DNA from: a virus | Taxonomy: Duplodnaviria; Caudoviricetes | Virus record (IMG/VR): IMGVR_UViG_3300027808_001450 | Coordinates: 1 to 25,691 of that record | Length of the DNA: 25,691 nucleotides | Strand: one strand, 5' to 3' | Shown here: one piece after another, positions 9,860-18,506 of the stretch | Layout of the letters: every line of letters begins with the position of its first letter | Numbering within the stretch: the first letter of the stretch is position 1 | Notes under the pieces: generated by a model | The model's database searches: none | Seen by the model: only the letters and a program-made list of their open reading frames with translations | What the model was told of the DNA's origin: nothing | Program-made: the position numbers and the translations under genes

Positions 9860-12535
9860 ATGTCTGAAATGACACAATACGTAGAAGTTAAAGAATACAT
9901 AGTAACGCTGCACAGTGCAGAAGATTTAGATGCATTCTATAACGAAATGGAATCAGCTGGTAATCTACCAGGGACTGGTGTTCCTGCGAGAAAGATTGAT
10001 TGCATTGATCGAAGACCAATAAGCAGAAACACTCATTACCTCCTAACTGACTGGGAAGCTGTAGAACTACGTGCTGACCCCAGAGTTAGAAGCGTTACAT
10101 TACATATCAAATATTTAGGCGTAAAGGCAGGCGAATACGCTGCAACCAAAACTCAAACATCTAGCAACTGGAACAAAAGTAATAGTACAAGCAATGCCAT
10201 GCTTAACTTTGCATTGCTTCGCTGTACAGAAACAGCCACTAGATCAGGATGGGGCAGCAACGGGACTGTCAATGCCACTGGAACTGTTACACTAGATGCA
10301 ACTGGAAAAAATGTTGACGTAGTGGTAATAGACGGTGCTGGTGTTGCTCTAGGTCATCCAGAATATGCAGTTGATGCAGACGGAACTGGCGGATCAAGAT
10401 TTGTACAGTATAACTGGTATCAACACAATCTTGCTGTAAAAGGTACTGCATCGGGATCATATTCTTACGCAGGTGCACCTAGTGGACACGCAACTCACAC
10501 CACGGGAACGTGTGGAGGTAGCACACAGGGTTGGGCTAGAGATGCAAACCTATACAATATCTATTATCTTGCAGGTGACGGCACTGATTACAACTTTCCT
10601 TATGTAATGGATTATGTAAGAGAGTTTCATAGAAATAAAAGTGTTAACCCTGCAACTGGACGTAAAAATCCCACAATAACAAACAACAGTTGGGGTATGA
10701 GTATATTTCCAGGCGAATGGGAATTTACTGATATTACAGCAGTGACCTATCGAGGAACTAGATATGTACCGGACAGTGGCGGTGCAATAACCTATACGGG
10801 CTACAGTGGAGTGTGTACTTCTAATCTAAGACTGGCAACACTACTTGGTTTAGAAAACTTTGGAAATAGCATCACAACCGTTGGTCCTTATACTCCCCCT
10901 TTAGGCTATATTTTAACATATCCACCTAGCTGGCAACTTACTGGACAGCAGGCGTATCTTACAAACTTTGTACAACCAGATCCTACATACGAAGTTACAC
11001 TAGACGGACCATGTACTATTGACCTAGTGCATGATGTTGCAATGGATGCAGTTAGCGGGTTTATGAATATTGCCAGTGAAATAGTCATTACGGATAGTAA
11101 TAATAATGTAGTTCATACGTATTCCGACGGCGCTAGCACTACAAATGGCGGAACCGTTTCAGCTACCATAAATCAATCAGCAGTTAATCTACCAGGCGAC
11201 CAGACATATACTGTAACCTATAATACTGTCATAGATACCGAAGGTCAAGGTATTATCTATGCAGCAGCATTAAGCGTAACAGTTACAACTGACTTGTCAT
11301 CAGGCGGTGCAACCATTACTGAAATACCTAATAGTTTGTTAGGAGCAGCAAGTTTAACGGCCAGTACTGTCCCAACTGTTGGCGAAAACGATGATGGCTA
11401 TTGGCAAGTAAATTTACCCTTTGATATTTCATATCTAGGAACTACTTATACATCAGTGTTTGTGGGGACTAATACATATGTTACTTTCGGCGGTGGATCG
11501 ACAGTGTTTAACGGATTAAGTGAAACAACTCCTAATCTACCTAAGATCATGTGGGGTTGTGCTGACAACTCAGTACAAAGAATATATTACGGTGTCGAAG
11601 GCACTGCACCTAATAGGACGTATCGTATTAGAATTGAAGGCAACGGCACTACTACCGGAACATTAGGTAGTCCTAATATGATTTGCGAATATACATTTTA
11701 CGAAGCAACGCCTGCACAAATAGATTTACAACTAGGTGTAACTAATAGAAAATCAGTTTCCGGCGGTGGCTTTACAACAGAGCAACTTAACACATGGGGT
11801 TTTATTGCGGGACAACGTATTCCCGCAAGAGTTGCAGCACTAGACAACGACATCGAAGATGCTATAGTAGAAGGTATTATCTATGTGGGTGCAGCAGGAA
11901 ACGGGCTGTGGAAACACGATGTTCCGGGTGGGTTAGATTGGAACAACACATTTGAGATGGCCAATAGATATCCCAACAGCGCAGCTAATCCTTACTATTA
12001 TATGCGAGGATCTAGTCCTACTGCCAACGATACAACGACTCATCCAGACGGCACCCACGAAATGCCTAATATATGTGTAGGTGCAACTGATGCCACAGTT
12101 ACAGATCAAAAGAGCGACTATAGTGACTGCGGCCCGGGCGTAGACATATGGGCACCCGGAACTAGTATTATGAGTTCGTATACTGGGGGCGTTAGCGATT
12201 CTAGAAACGGTTCATATTTCTTAGGAAAACTAAACGGTACCAGTATGGCATCGCCACAGGTCTGCGGAGTGTTGGCCTGTGCATTAGAACAAAACCCGCA
12301 CTGGAATCAAACACAGGCCAAGCAGTATATACTAAATGTTGCGGCATCAAATCAGCTGACGGTAACCAGCGGCGGGCCAGCTGACATTCGAGATACACAA
12401 GGCACAGCCAACAAGTTCTTGTACTATAGAAAAGATCGACCTGATACAGGAGTTAGCATTCCTAGAGCAAATCAAGGTGTAAGGCCCAGTGTGGGCGCAG
12501 TATATCCAAGACCTAAAATCTACAGATTTGGCTAA
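9860..12535 (+). CDS. Subtilisin-family (S8) serine protease B, paralog of protease A
   Basis: VDVVVID, HATHTTG, GAAGNG, VDIWAPG and NGTSMASPQVCG. Shares ISRNTHY, KSVNPATG, EGTAPNRT and C-terminal VYPRPKI blocks with protease A. SD AAGGA. Confidence 0.92.
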   Translation: MSEMTQYVEVKEYIVTLHSAEDLDAFYNEMESAGNLPGTGVPARKIDCIDRRPISRNTHYLLTDWEAVELRADPRVRSVTLHIKYLGVKAGEYAATKTQTSSNWNKSNSTSNAMLNFALLRCTETATRSGWGSNGTVNATGTVTLDATGKNVDVVVIDGAGVALGHPEYAVDADGTGGSRFVQYNWYQHNLAVKGTASGSYSYAGAPSGHATHTTGTCGGSTQGWARDANLYNIYYLAGDGTDYNFPYVMDYVREFHRNKSVNPATGRKNPTITNNSWGMSIFPGEWEFTDITAVTYRGTRYVPDSGGAITYTGYSGVCTSNLRLATLLGLENFGNSITTVGPYTPPLGYILTYPPSWQLTGQQAYLTNFVQPDPTYEVTLDGPCTIDLVHDVAMDAVSGFMNIASEIVITDSNNNVVHTYSDGASTTNGGTVSATINQSAVNLPGDQTYTVTYNTVIDTEGQGIIYAAALSVTVTTDLSSGGATITEIPNSLLGAASLTASTVPTVGENDDGYWQVNLPFDISYLGTTYTSVFVGTNTYVTFGGGSTVFNGLSETTPNLPKIMWGCADNSVQRIYYGVEGTAPNRTYRIRIEGNGTTTGTLGSPNMICEYTFYEATPAQIDLQLGVTNRKSVSGGGFTTEQLNTWGFIAGQRIPARVAALDNDIEDAIVEGIIYVGAAGNGLWKHDVPGGLDWNNTFEMANRYPNSAANPYYYMRGSSPTANDTTTHPDGTHEMPNICVGATDATVTDQKSDYSDCGPGVDIWAPGTSIMSSYTGGVSDSRNGSYFLGKLNGTSMASPQVCGVLACALEQNPHWNQTQAKQYILNVAASNQLTVTSGGPADIRDTQGTANKFLYYRKDRPDTGVSIPRANQGVRPSVGAVYPRPKIYRFG

Positions 12536-12579
12536 GAGTTCTGTTTCGTTTTTAGGTAAATATACAAAACGGAGCTAAA

Positions 12580-15500
12580 ATGCCATATACAGGATGGACA
12601 GTTTCTTCAGGTTACGGCCTTGGAAATCTCAACGAACGACAAACAGTAAACATTGCACTTCCAGTTTCATCAACTGTGGGTGTTACTTTTCGCCTAATAA
12701 CAGGCAAGCTCCCAGCAGGTTTAAGACTACAAGGTAGCAGTATTGTTGGAACACCATTTGAAGTTCCGCGAAATACCGAATATAAGTTTGTTATACGTGC
12801 AACTAATACCAGCGGATTTGCAGATAGAACATTTATTTTAAATGTTGCAGGCGCTGACGAGCCACAATGGCTAACTCCAGCGGGCAGGTTGCCAGTGGGC
12901 AGCAATGATGCTTACTATATTCTAGACAGCAGTTTTGTTGATTTTAACTTGGTGGTAAGCGACACTGATACTGCTACTGGACAAAAACTAAACTTCTTTA
13001 TTGCTAGCGACGAAGGTGAGTTACCTCCCGGATTGATTATGACTCCGCAGGGTAGAATCACAGGCTTTGTTCAACCAGTGTTAGCTATACCATTAGATGC
13101 AGGCGATGGGTCGTACGATGAAAACTTGTATGATCGTGTTGCATACGACTTTGGCTACAGACCTAGCAATGGATATGATACCTATGTATATGACTTGACT
13201 ATATACGACTTTAGTATCCCTACAGGACGTCCTAGAAAACTAAATCGTAACTATGAGTTTATTGCCACAGTTACAGATGGTGACACTGTTACTAAACGTA
13301 AGTTTAGAATATTTGTAGTAGGTGACGACTTCTTTAGAAGTGACAACGTTATTACCACAGCAGGAAGTGGTGCATACACTGCCGACGTTACCTATGTACG
13401 TGCTCCTATATTTACAACACCCCCGTACTTGGGTTTACGCAGAGCCAACAACTATCAAACCTTTAAGATTGATATCTACGAGGGCTTTAGCGAACTAGGA
13501 CCAGTAGCATACCAACTGAGTGATGTCAACGCAGATATCAGTGCAGTATGTATTAGAGAACTGCCAACTGACAACCGATTGGGACAAACTGCTATTCGTA
13601 TAGAACGATGCTCAGGAGTTCCTACAACAGGTCTTAAGATTTCGTTTAACGGAGAGTTTGCAGGAGCAACTGAAGAAATATACACTATCACAGATGTTGA
13701 TGTACTAGGCGGCGATATCTACAGATTGACAGTTAGTCCTGCTGTAGAAATGAATATACCCAACGGTAGTGCTATCTATATAGGCACTGCAAGTACATTA
13801 CCACCCGGCATGGTGTTTGACTTTACCAATGCAGAAATATTTGGAACAGTTCCTTATCAACCTGCGATTACTGAGACTTACCGCTTTACAATCAAAGGCA
13901 TACGCTTTGGCCAAGGCGCAGAGCAGGCAATCAGCAGACGTGTATTCTCAGTAGATGTACTAGGCGAAGTAGAAAGTGTAATGAACTGGGTTAGTCCCGA
14001 GAACCTAGGTAGTATCGACAGTGGATATATCAGTACGCTGGCATTGACCGCTTCTAGTACTGTTACCGGATCAGCAGTATTGTACACTGTAGAAAATGGT
14101 AGATTGCCCCCGGGTCTGTCTCTTAACCTTGACGGCGAAATAGTTGGTAAGGTTAATCAACTTACAAGTCAGTATCATTACAGAAGTTTTTGGAAGAGTA
14201 GCAACGTATATAACAAAAATGACATTGTAAAAGTTAACGATGTTAAAAACATTAAGTCTTTAACTAGACGAAAAAATACAGCCAGTGTAGTAACCAGTGT
14301 GGATCACGATTTCTTAACTGGCGATCTAGTTGAGATTGTGTCTGATGATTTAAACTTTAACTACTACGATGCAGTCAGCGTTACCATTGCAGCAATAGAG
14401 TTAGAATCATCTACCAGTGTTGTTGATACTTCTGAGACTGATGACGGACCTTGGTTAGTTACGTTTGCTATTCCAACACAAAAGTTAGCACCGTTGGCTC
14501 CGGTATTTACATTAGTATCCGGAACTGCTGTAGCTACTACGCCTGCATATTATTATGATGTCCCCGTTAAATCAACTAGTGGAGTTGGCACTGGTGCAAG
14601 ATTTAGAATCGACAAAGGTCTAAACTTAATCACTGCTACATACAGAGGTGTTACTACTATTAAGCTGTTAGCAACCGGAACTGGTTATTTGCCAGGAGAC
14701 ACTATTACTATCTCAGGAGCAGACTTAGGTGGTGTAGATGGTGCAAACGATTTAACATTTACCACTTCTAGTGGATTAGAGTTTTACTATAGAATCAATG
14801 GTAATAGTAATAGAAACTTCGGCGGAAGATTCTTTGCCACTGCCAGCACAACATCAAGTATCACGCTGGCGTTTGATACAGACCCGGGCGTATTTGGAAC
14901 TGGAACTATCAGTGTTACTACGGGCATAGGAACTTACGAAGCGCAAACATTGATTATTCCGCTGAACTATTTTAACTATCCAAATAAGGGTACTAGCATT
15001 GCAATGAAAAATGCCAGCGGTACTACTTACAATCAACCAACGTATTACAAAGCAATATCAAACAATGCAGGCACCATAGATTTGTCTAGATGGGAGGTCT
15101 ATAGATTTCCGTTGAGCGATATATCGTTAACAACTTACGACAGTGGCGTTGGAAGTGTCCCTACCTTGTTTGATGGAGGCTCAACTAGTTACGACAAAAA
15201 GTATGTGTTTACTGTTAGAGCTAGAGACCAGTTAGGCTACAGTGCAGTCACTAGAACATTTACGCTAACTGTTAATACTCCTAATAATGCTTACTACAGC
15301 AATATCTTTGCTAGACCGTTTATGAAACAGGATCAGCGAGCAGTGTTTAAAGAGTTTATTAACGACAGCACAATATTTGATCCAACGTTGATCTATCGAG
15401 GAAGCGATCAGTTCTTTGGAGTACAAAGAGATCTCAAGATGATGGTGTACGCAGGCATTGAAACTAAGAGTGCTGCTGAATATGTCAGCGCAATGGGTCG

Positions 15501-16134
15501 TAATCATAAAATCAAACGATTTAAGTTCGGTGAAGTTAAAAAGGCCCTGGCCAAGGTTCCGGGAACAACCGACGAAGTGTACGAAGTAATATACATCGAA
15601 ATGGTTGATCCGTTAGAGAAAGGTAAGAGTAAACTACCACTAACCTTCAAATACAGTAGAAGTAATCAAAATATAACAGTTGACCAAACGAATGAGTTTT
15701 ACAGTAGAGATTCAGAAGATCAGTCTAGATTAAATCCGCATTGGAAAAGGCCGATACCGTTCAATGTAACACTTGATCGAAATGATCTGTTTGCAGGCGA
15801 TCCAGGCACGGGCATTAGATTCCCTAGCAGTATTAGCCTATGGCGTTATCGTATTCAAAATATGCAGAACACCAAGCACGAGCGTAACTATATGCCGCTT
15901 TGGATGCGTAGTATACAGCCCGGTGGCACACAGGAACTAGATTATGTAGCAGCAGTACCGTTATGCTACTGTAAGCCCGGCGGCGCAGACGCCATTTTAC
16001 TCAATATTAAAAACAGCCAGTTTGACTTTAAACTGCTAGACTACACCATTGACAGATACATAATAGATTCTGTCGACGGTGATTATACGGATAAATATCT
16101 TGTATTTAGAAACGATAGGACCACAATAACATGA
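12580..16134 (+). CDS. Large virion structural protein with putative Ig-like (LPxGL) repeats, probable baseplate component
   Basis: Four repeats (GKLPAGL, GELPPGL, TLPPGM, GRLPPGL), each eventually followed by Y-x-F-x-(I/V)-x-A...R-x-F strands. Tyr/Asp-rich YD repeats. SD GGAG. Lies in the tail module. Confidence 0.65.
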   Translation: MPYTGWTVSSGYGLGNLNERQTVNIALPVSSTVGVTFRLITGKLPAGLRLQGSSIVGTPFEVPRNTEYKFVIRATNTSGFADRTFILNVAGADEPQWLTPAGRLPVGSNDAYYILDSSFVDFNLVVSDTDTATGQKLNFFIASDEGELPPGLIMTPQGRITGFVQPVLAIPLDAGDGSYDENLYDRVAYDFGYRPSNGYDTYVYDLTIYDFSIPTGRPRKLNRNYEFIATVTDGDTVTKRKFRIFVVGDDFFRSDNVITTAGSGAYTADVTYVRAPIFTTPPYLGLRRANNYQTFKIDIYEGFSELGPVAYQLSDVNADISAVCIRELPTDNRLGQTAIRIERCSGVPTTGLKISFNGEFAGATEEIYTITDVDVLGGDIYRLTVSPAVEMNIPNGSAIYIGTASTLPPGMVFDFTNAEIFGTVPYQPAITETYRFTIKGIRFGQGAEQAISRRVFSVDVLGEVESVMNWVSPENLGSIDSGYISTLALTASSTVTGSAVLYTVENGRLPPGLSLNLDGEIVGKVNQLTSQYHYRSFWKSSNVYNKNDIVKVNDVKNIKSLTRRKNTASVVTSVDHDFLTGDLVEIVSDDLNFNYYDAVSVTIAAIELESSTSVVDTSETDDGPWLVTFAIPTQKLAPLAPVFTLVSGTAVATTPAYYYDVPVKSTSGVGTGARFRIDKGLNLITATYRGVTTIKLLATGTGYLPGDTITISGADLGGVDGANDLTFTTSSGLEFYYRINGNSNRNFGGRFFATASTTSSITLAFDTDPGVFGTGTISVTTGIGTYEAQTLIIPLNYFNYPNKGTSIAMKNASGTTYNQPTYYKAISNNAGTIDLSRWEVYRFPLSDISLTTYDSGVGSVPTLFDGGSTSYDKKYVFTVRARDQLGYSAVTRTFTLTVNTPNNAYYSNIFARPFMKQDQRAVFKEFINDSTIFDPTLIYRGSDQFFGVQRDLKMMVYAGIETKSAAEYVSAMGRNHKIKRFKFGEVKKALAKVPGTTDEVYEVIYIEMVDPLEKGKSKLPLTFKYSRSNQNITVDQTNEFYSRDSEDQSRLNPHWKRPIPFNVTLDRNDLFAGDPGTGIRFPSSISLWRYRIQNMQNTKHERNYMPLWMRSIQPGGTQELDYVAAVPLCYCKPGGADAILLNIKNSQFDFKLLDYTIDRYIIDSVDGDYTDKYLVFRNDRTTIT

Positions 16135-17735
16135 GCCAAATAGTATCATCAACGATTGATGCAGATTACCCAGTAGCCGGACAAGATAATGACAGTCAGG
16201 GCTTTCGAGATAACTTTAGTATCATCAAAGACGGTTTAGCCACAGGCGCCGCAGAGATTACAGTTTTAGAAACCAATACAGCCAAGCTGAATGAAGATAA
16301 CGACTTTCAAGGTAATGTCATTGCCAATGCTCAAACCAATAGACTATACGGAACTGTATATAATACATCTAGTACACCAACTACTAACGTAAGTTTAAAT
16401 GACGGAGAGTATCAAGCAATCACGCTAATAGGTAATGCAACATTAACTTTTGTTGATTGGCCTGGGATTGATCGCTACGCCAAGATTAGATTAGCTCTAA
16501 AAAGCAACGGCACTGAGCAAACTATAACATTTGCATCCGAAGGCGGCGGCGTTGTTAGAACAGAAGTGACTCCAACGCTTGCTACAGTAACTGGTGCTAG
16601 CAGAAAAACATCATCTATTGCAACTACTGATGCAACATTTAGCTATCTTACAGCCAACAGTTCTGCAACTCCTATTAGAACAGGAGACAAACTATTTGGT
16701 ACTGGTTTATCTGGATCAGTAACCGTTACTGATGTTGCTAACTTAACAGCAACTTCATCAGAATCGTTAGGTCCTGTTACGCTATCTTACACATCCATTG
16801 CAGGAAATGGTCAAGTAACTACTGCTACTACAGCAGTAAGTGTTGTAGTTGGTAGTAAAGTTACATTTTCTAATGTAACCGGTATGGGCGGTTTATCCGA
16901 CAGCACTACATATTATGCATTTAATCCATCGGGATTAGGTTTCAAGATTGCAACCAGCTATACTAATGCATTAGCTGGCACAGCGATTGCTACATTAAAC
17001 GGTACTATTTCATATAATGCTATAAGCGATGTTGGCAGAGTAACAACTGCTACTTCTGCTGCTGGTATTCCACGCGGTGACCAAGTTACTTTATCTGATG
17101 TTACTGGATTAACTGGACTTACTACAGTTACAACATATTTTGTATATGGTGCTGATGCTACAGGCTTCAACTTAGCTGCATCCTACGCAGATGCAATGGC
17201 AACTATCCCCGTACCAGTAACCGGAGTAACTGGTGCATTTACTGGTACTGCTACAGCAACTTACACAGGTGCAGTTATCACTACTGGTACTGCTACATTT
17301 GCTGAGTTAGATCCATCATCCAACGTACTAAAACTATCTTCTATTGCAAACATTTACGAAGGTATGCCTATTAAGTTTACAGGCACTACATTCGGTGGCG
17401 TTGCTATTAACACTGATTATTATGTGTTAAAAGTTATCAACAGTGGCGGCGTAGTGGGAGTTCGATTATCATTAACCCTTGGTGGTGCTCCAATAGCATT
17501 AACTGCATACACTGGAGCATCGATATTAACAATGGTACCTACTACCGTTGTTAGTACTAGCATTAGTCCACAGGCGATCGCTGGCGGGTCTGGATTAACA
17601 TTGACTACAGCTAATACAGTATTCCCTACTCCGTTTACAGTCAGCAGTGACGTAAACAAGATAAAGATTGTAGAAGCATGGACTTCGGACGGTGGCACTA
17701 ATATCTTTATCAAGTACCTAGGTGAATACGCATGA
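16131..17735 (+). CDS. Virion structural/tail protein with Thr-rich inserted beta modules
   Basis: ATGA overlap with the previous gene. N-terminal IDADYPVAGQDNDSQGFRDNF followed by a helical segment, internal duplicated modules and C-terminal WTSDGGT motif. Confidence 0.6.
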   Translation: MSQIVSSTIDADYPVAGQDNDSQGFRDNFSIIKDGLATGAAEITVLETNTAKLNEDNDFQGNVIANAQTNRLYGTVYNTSSTPTTNVSLNDGEYQAITLIGNATLTFVDWPGIDRYAKIRLALKSNGTEQTITFASEGGGVVRTEVTPTLATVTGASRKTSSIATTDATFSYLTANSSATPIRTGDKLFGTGLSGSVTVTDVANLTATSSESLGPVTLSYTSIAGNGQVTTATTAVSVVVGSKVTFSNVTGMGGLSDSTTYYAFNPSGLGFKIATSYTNALAGTAIATLNGTISYNAISDVGRVTTATSAAGIPRGDQVTLSDVTGLTGLTTVTTYFVYGADATGFNLAASYADAMATIPVPVTGVTGAFTGTATATYTGAVITTGTATFAELDPSSNVLKLSSIANIYEGMPIKFTGTTFGGVAINTDYYVLKVINSGGVVGVRLSLTLGGAPIALTAYTGASILTMVPTTVVSTSISPQAIAGGSGLTLTTANTVFPTPFTVSSDVNKIKIVEAWTSDGGTNIFIKYLGEYA

Positions 17736-17965
17736 TACATCCATTAGCAGAAGACTTTAGCCAACTAAAGGATGCTGAGATTGAATCCAAGTTGCAAGAC
17801 CTCAGCAAAAAATATTGGCAAACACAAAACCCATCAGTTAAACAGCAGATCAGTTTATTCATGGATCTGTACAAAACTGAAATAAGTGTTCGTAGAGCAA
17901 AACAGTTTGAGCAACAATACCAAAAGAGAGATAAAGATCTTGACAGTTTAATAAAAGTCAGTTAA
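17732..17965 (+). CDS. Hypothetical helical protein (77 aa)
   Basis: ATGA overlap with the upstream gene, SD-like AGGTG, charged coiled-coil-like composition. Confidence 0.7.
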   Translation: MIHPLAEDFSQLKDAEIESKLQDLSKKYWQTQNPSVKQQISLFMDLYKTEISVRRAKQFEQQYQKRDKDLDSLIKVS

Positions 17966-17968
17966 AAT
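17940..17968 (+). promoter_or_regulatory. Sigma70-type promoter TTGACA-N17-TAAAAT
   Basis: -35 at 17940-17945 and -10 at 17963-17968. The predicted +1 falls at about 17975, the ATG of the next gene. Confidence 0.75.
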
Positions 17969-17974
17969 AGCTGA

Positions 17975-18481
17975 ATGAAGACTGACAGGGTAGGTAATCC
18001 CATTTATCAAGAGAGTGACTTAGTAGATTTGATCTACCACGGTCACATAGACAAAATAAAGGATGTACTGGTAGAAAACTCATCTGCTATTACATCCTTT
18101 TCTGCTGCCTCCGAACTAACACTGTTGATTGAAGATCCAATATTTGATACTATAGACATTGCACATTTTGATGCAGTTTGCCAAGAGGATTGGTTTGTAC
18201 CCGAAGAATATAAAACTTTTGACATTGAAAGCTATCTAGTACAGATATGTCCCGAAGAAAACTATCAACGGTTAGTCGAAGAGCTTCAAGAGTTTCGAGC
18301 AAGAAATATGTTGCCATTGCTTAGGGTACTTAAATACGTAGTAGACACGCTGAGAGACAAACAAGTTTTATGGGGTGTTGGTAGAGGAAGCAGTGTTGCT
18401 AGCTATGTACTTTATTTGATAGGTGTTCACAAGATCGACAGTATTAAATATAGTTTAGATTGGCGTGAGTTTTTGAGATAA
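17975..18481 (+). CDS. Stand-alone fragment homologous to part of DNA polymerase III alpha (DnaE)
   Basis: RLVEEL...LKYVVDTLR...WGVGRGSSVASYVLYLIGVHKIDSIKYSLDWREFLR parallels the DnaE GPGRGSxAGSLVAYxLxITxxDPxxxxLLFERFL block. Only 168 aa. Confidence 0.8.
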   Translation: MKTDRVGNPIYQESDLVDLIYHGHIDKIKDVLVENSSAITSFSAASELTLLIEDPIFDTIDIAHFDAVCQEDWFVPEEYKTFDIESYLVQICPEENYQRLVEELQEFRARNMLPLLRVLKYVVDTLRDKQVLWGVGRGSSVASYVLYLIGVHKIDSIKYSLDWREFLR

Positions 18482-18506
18482 GTACATATATAAAAGGAGA
18501 GCTATT

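Noticed and set aside
88-17740. Many minus-strand ORFs of 60-199 aa (for example 2636-3007, 3183-3782, 6392-6988)
   Set aside because: They are antisense shadows of Gly/Thr/Ala-rich genes with biased codons. They show no recognisable motifs or expression signals.
18445-18450. Additional TAAATA inside the DnaE-fragment gene
   Set aside because: It lies about 55 nt from the next start and is explained by the IKY codons. TAAGTA at 18479 fits the usual spacing better, although this copy cannot be fully excluded.
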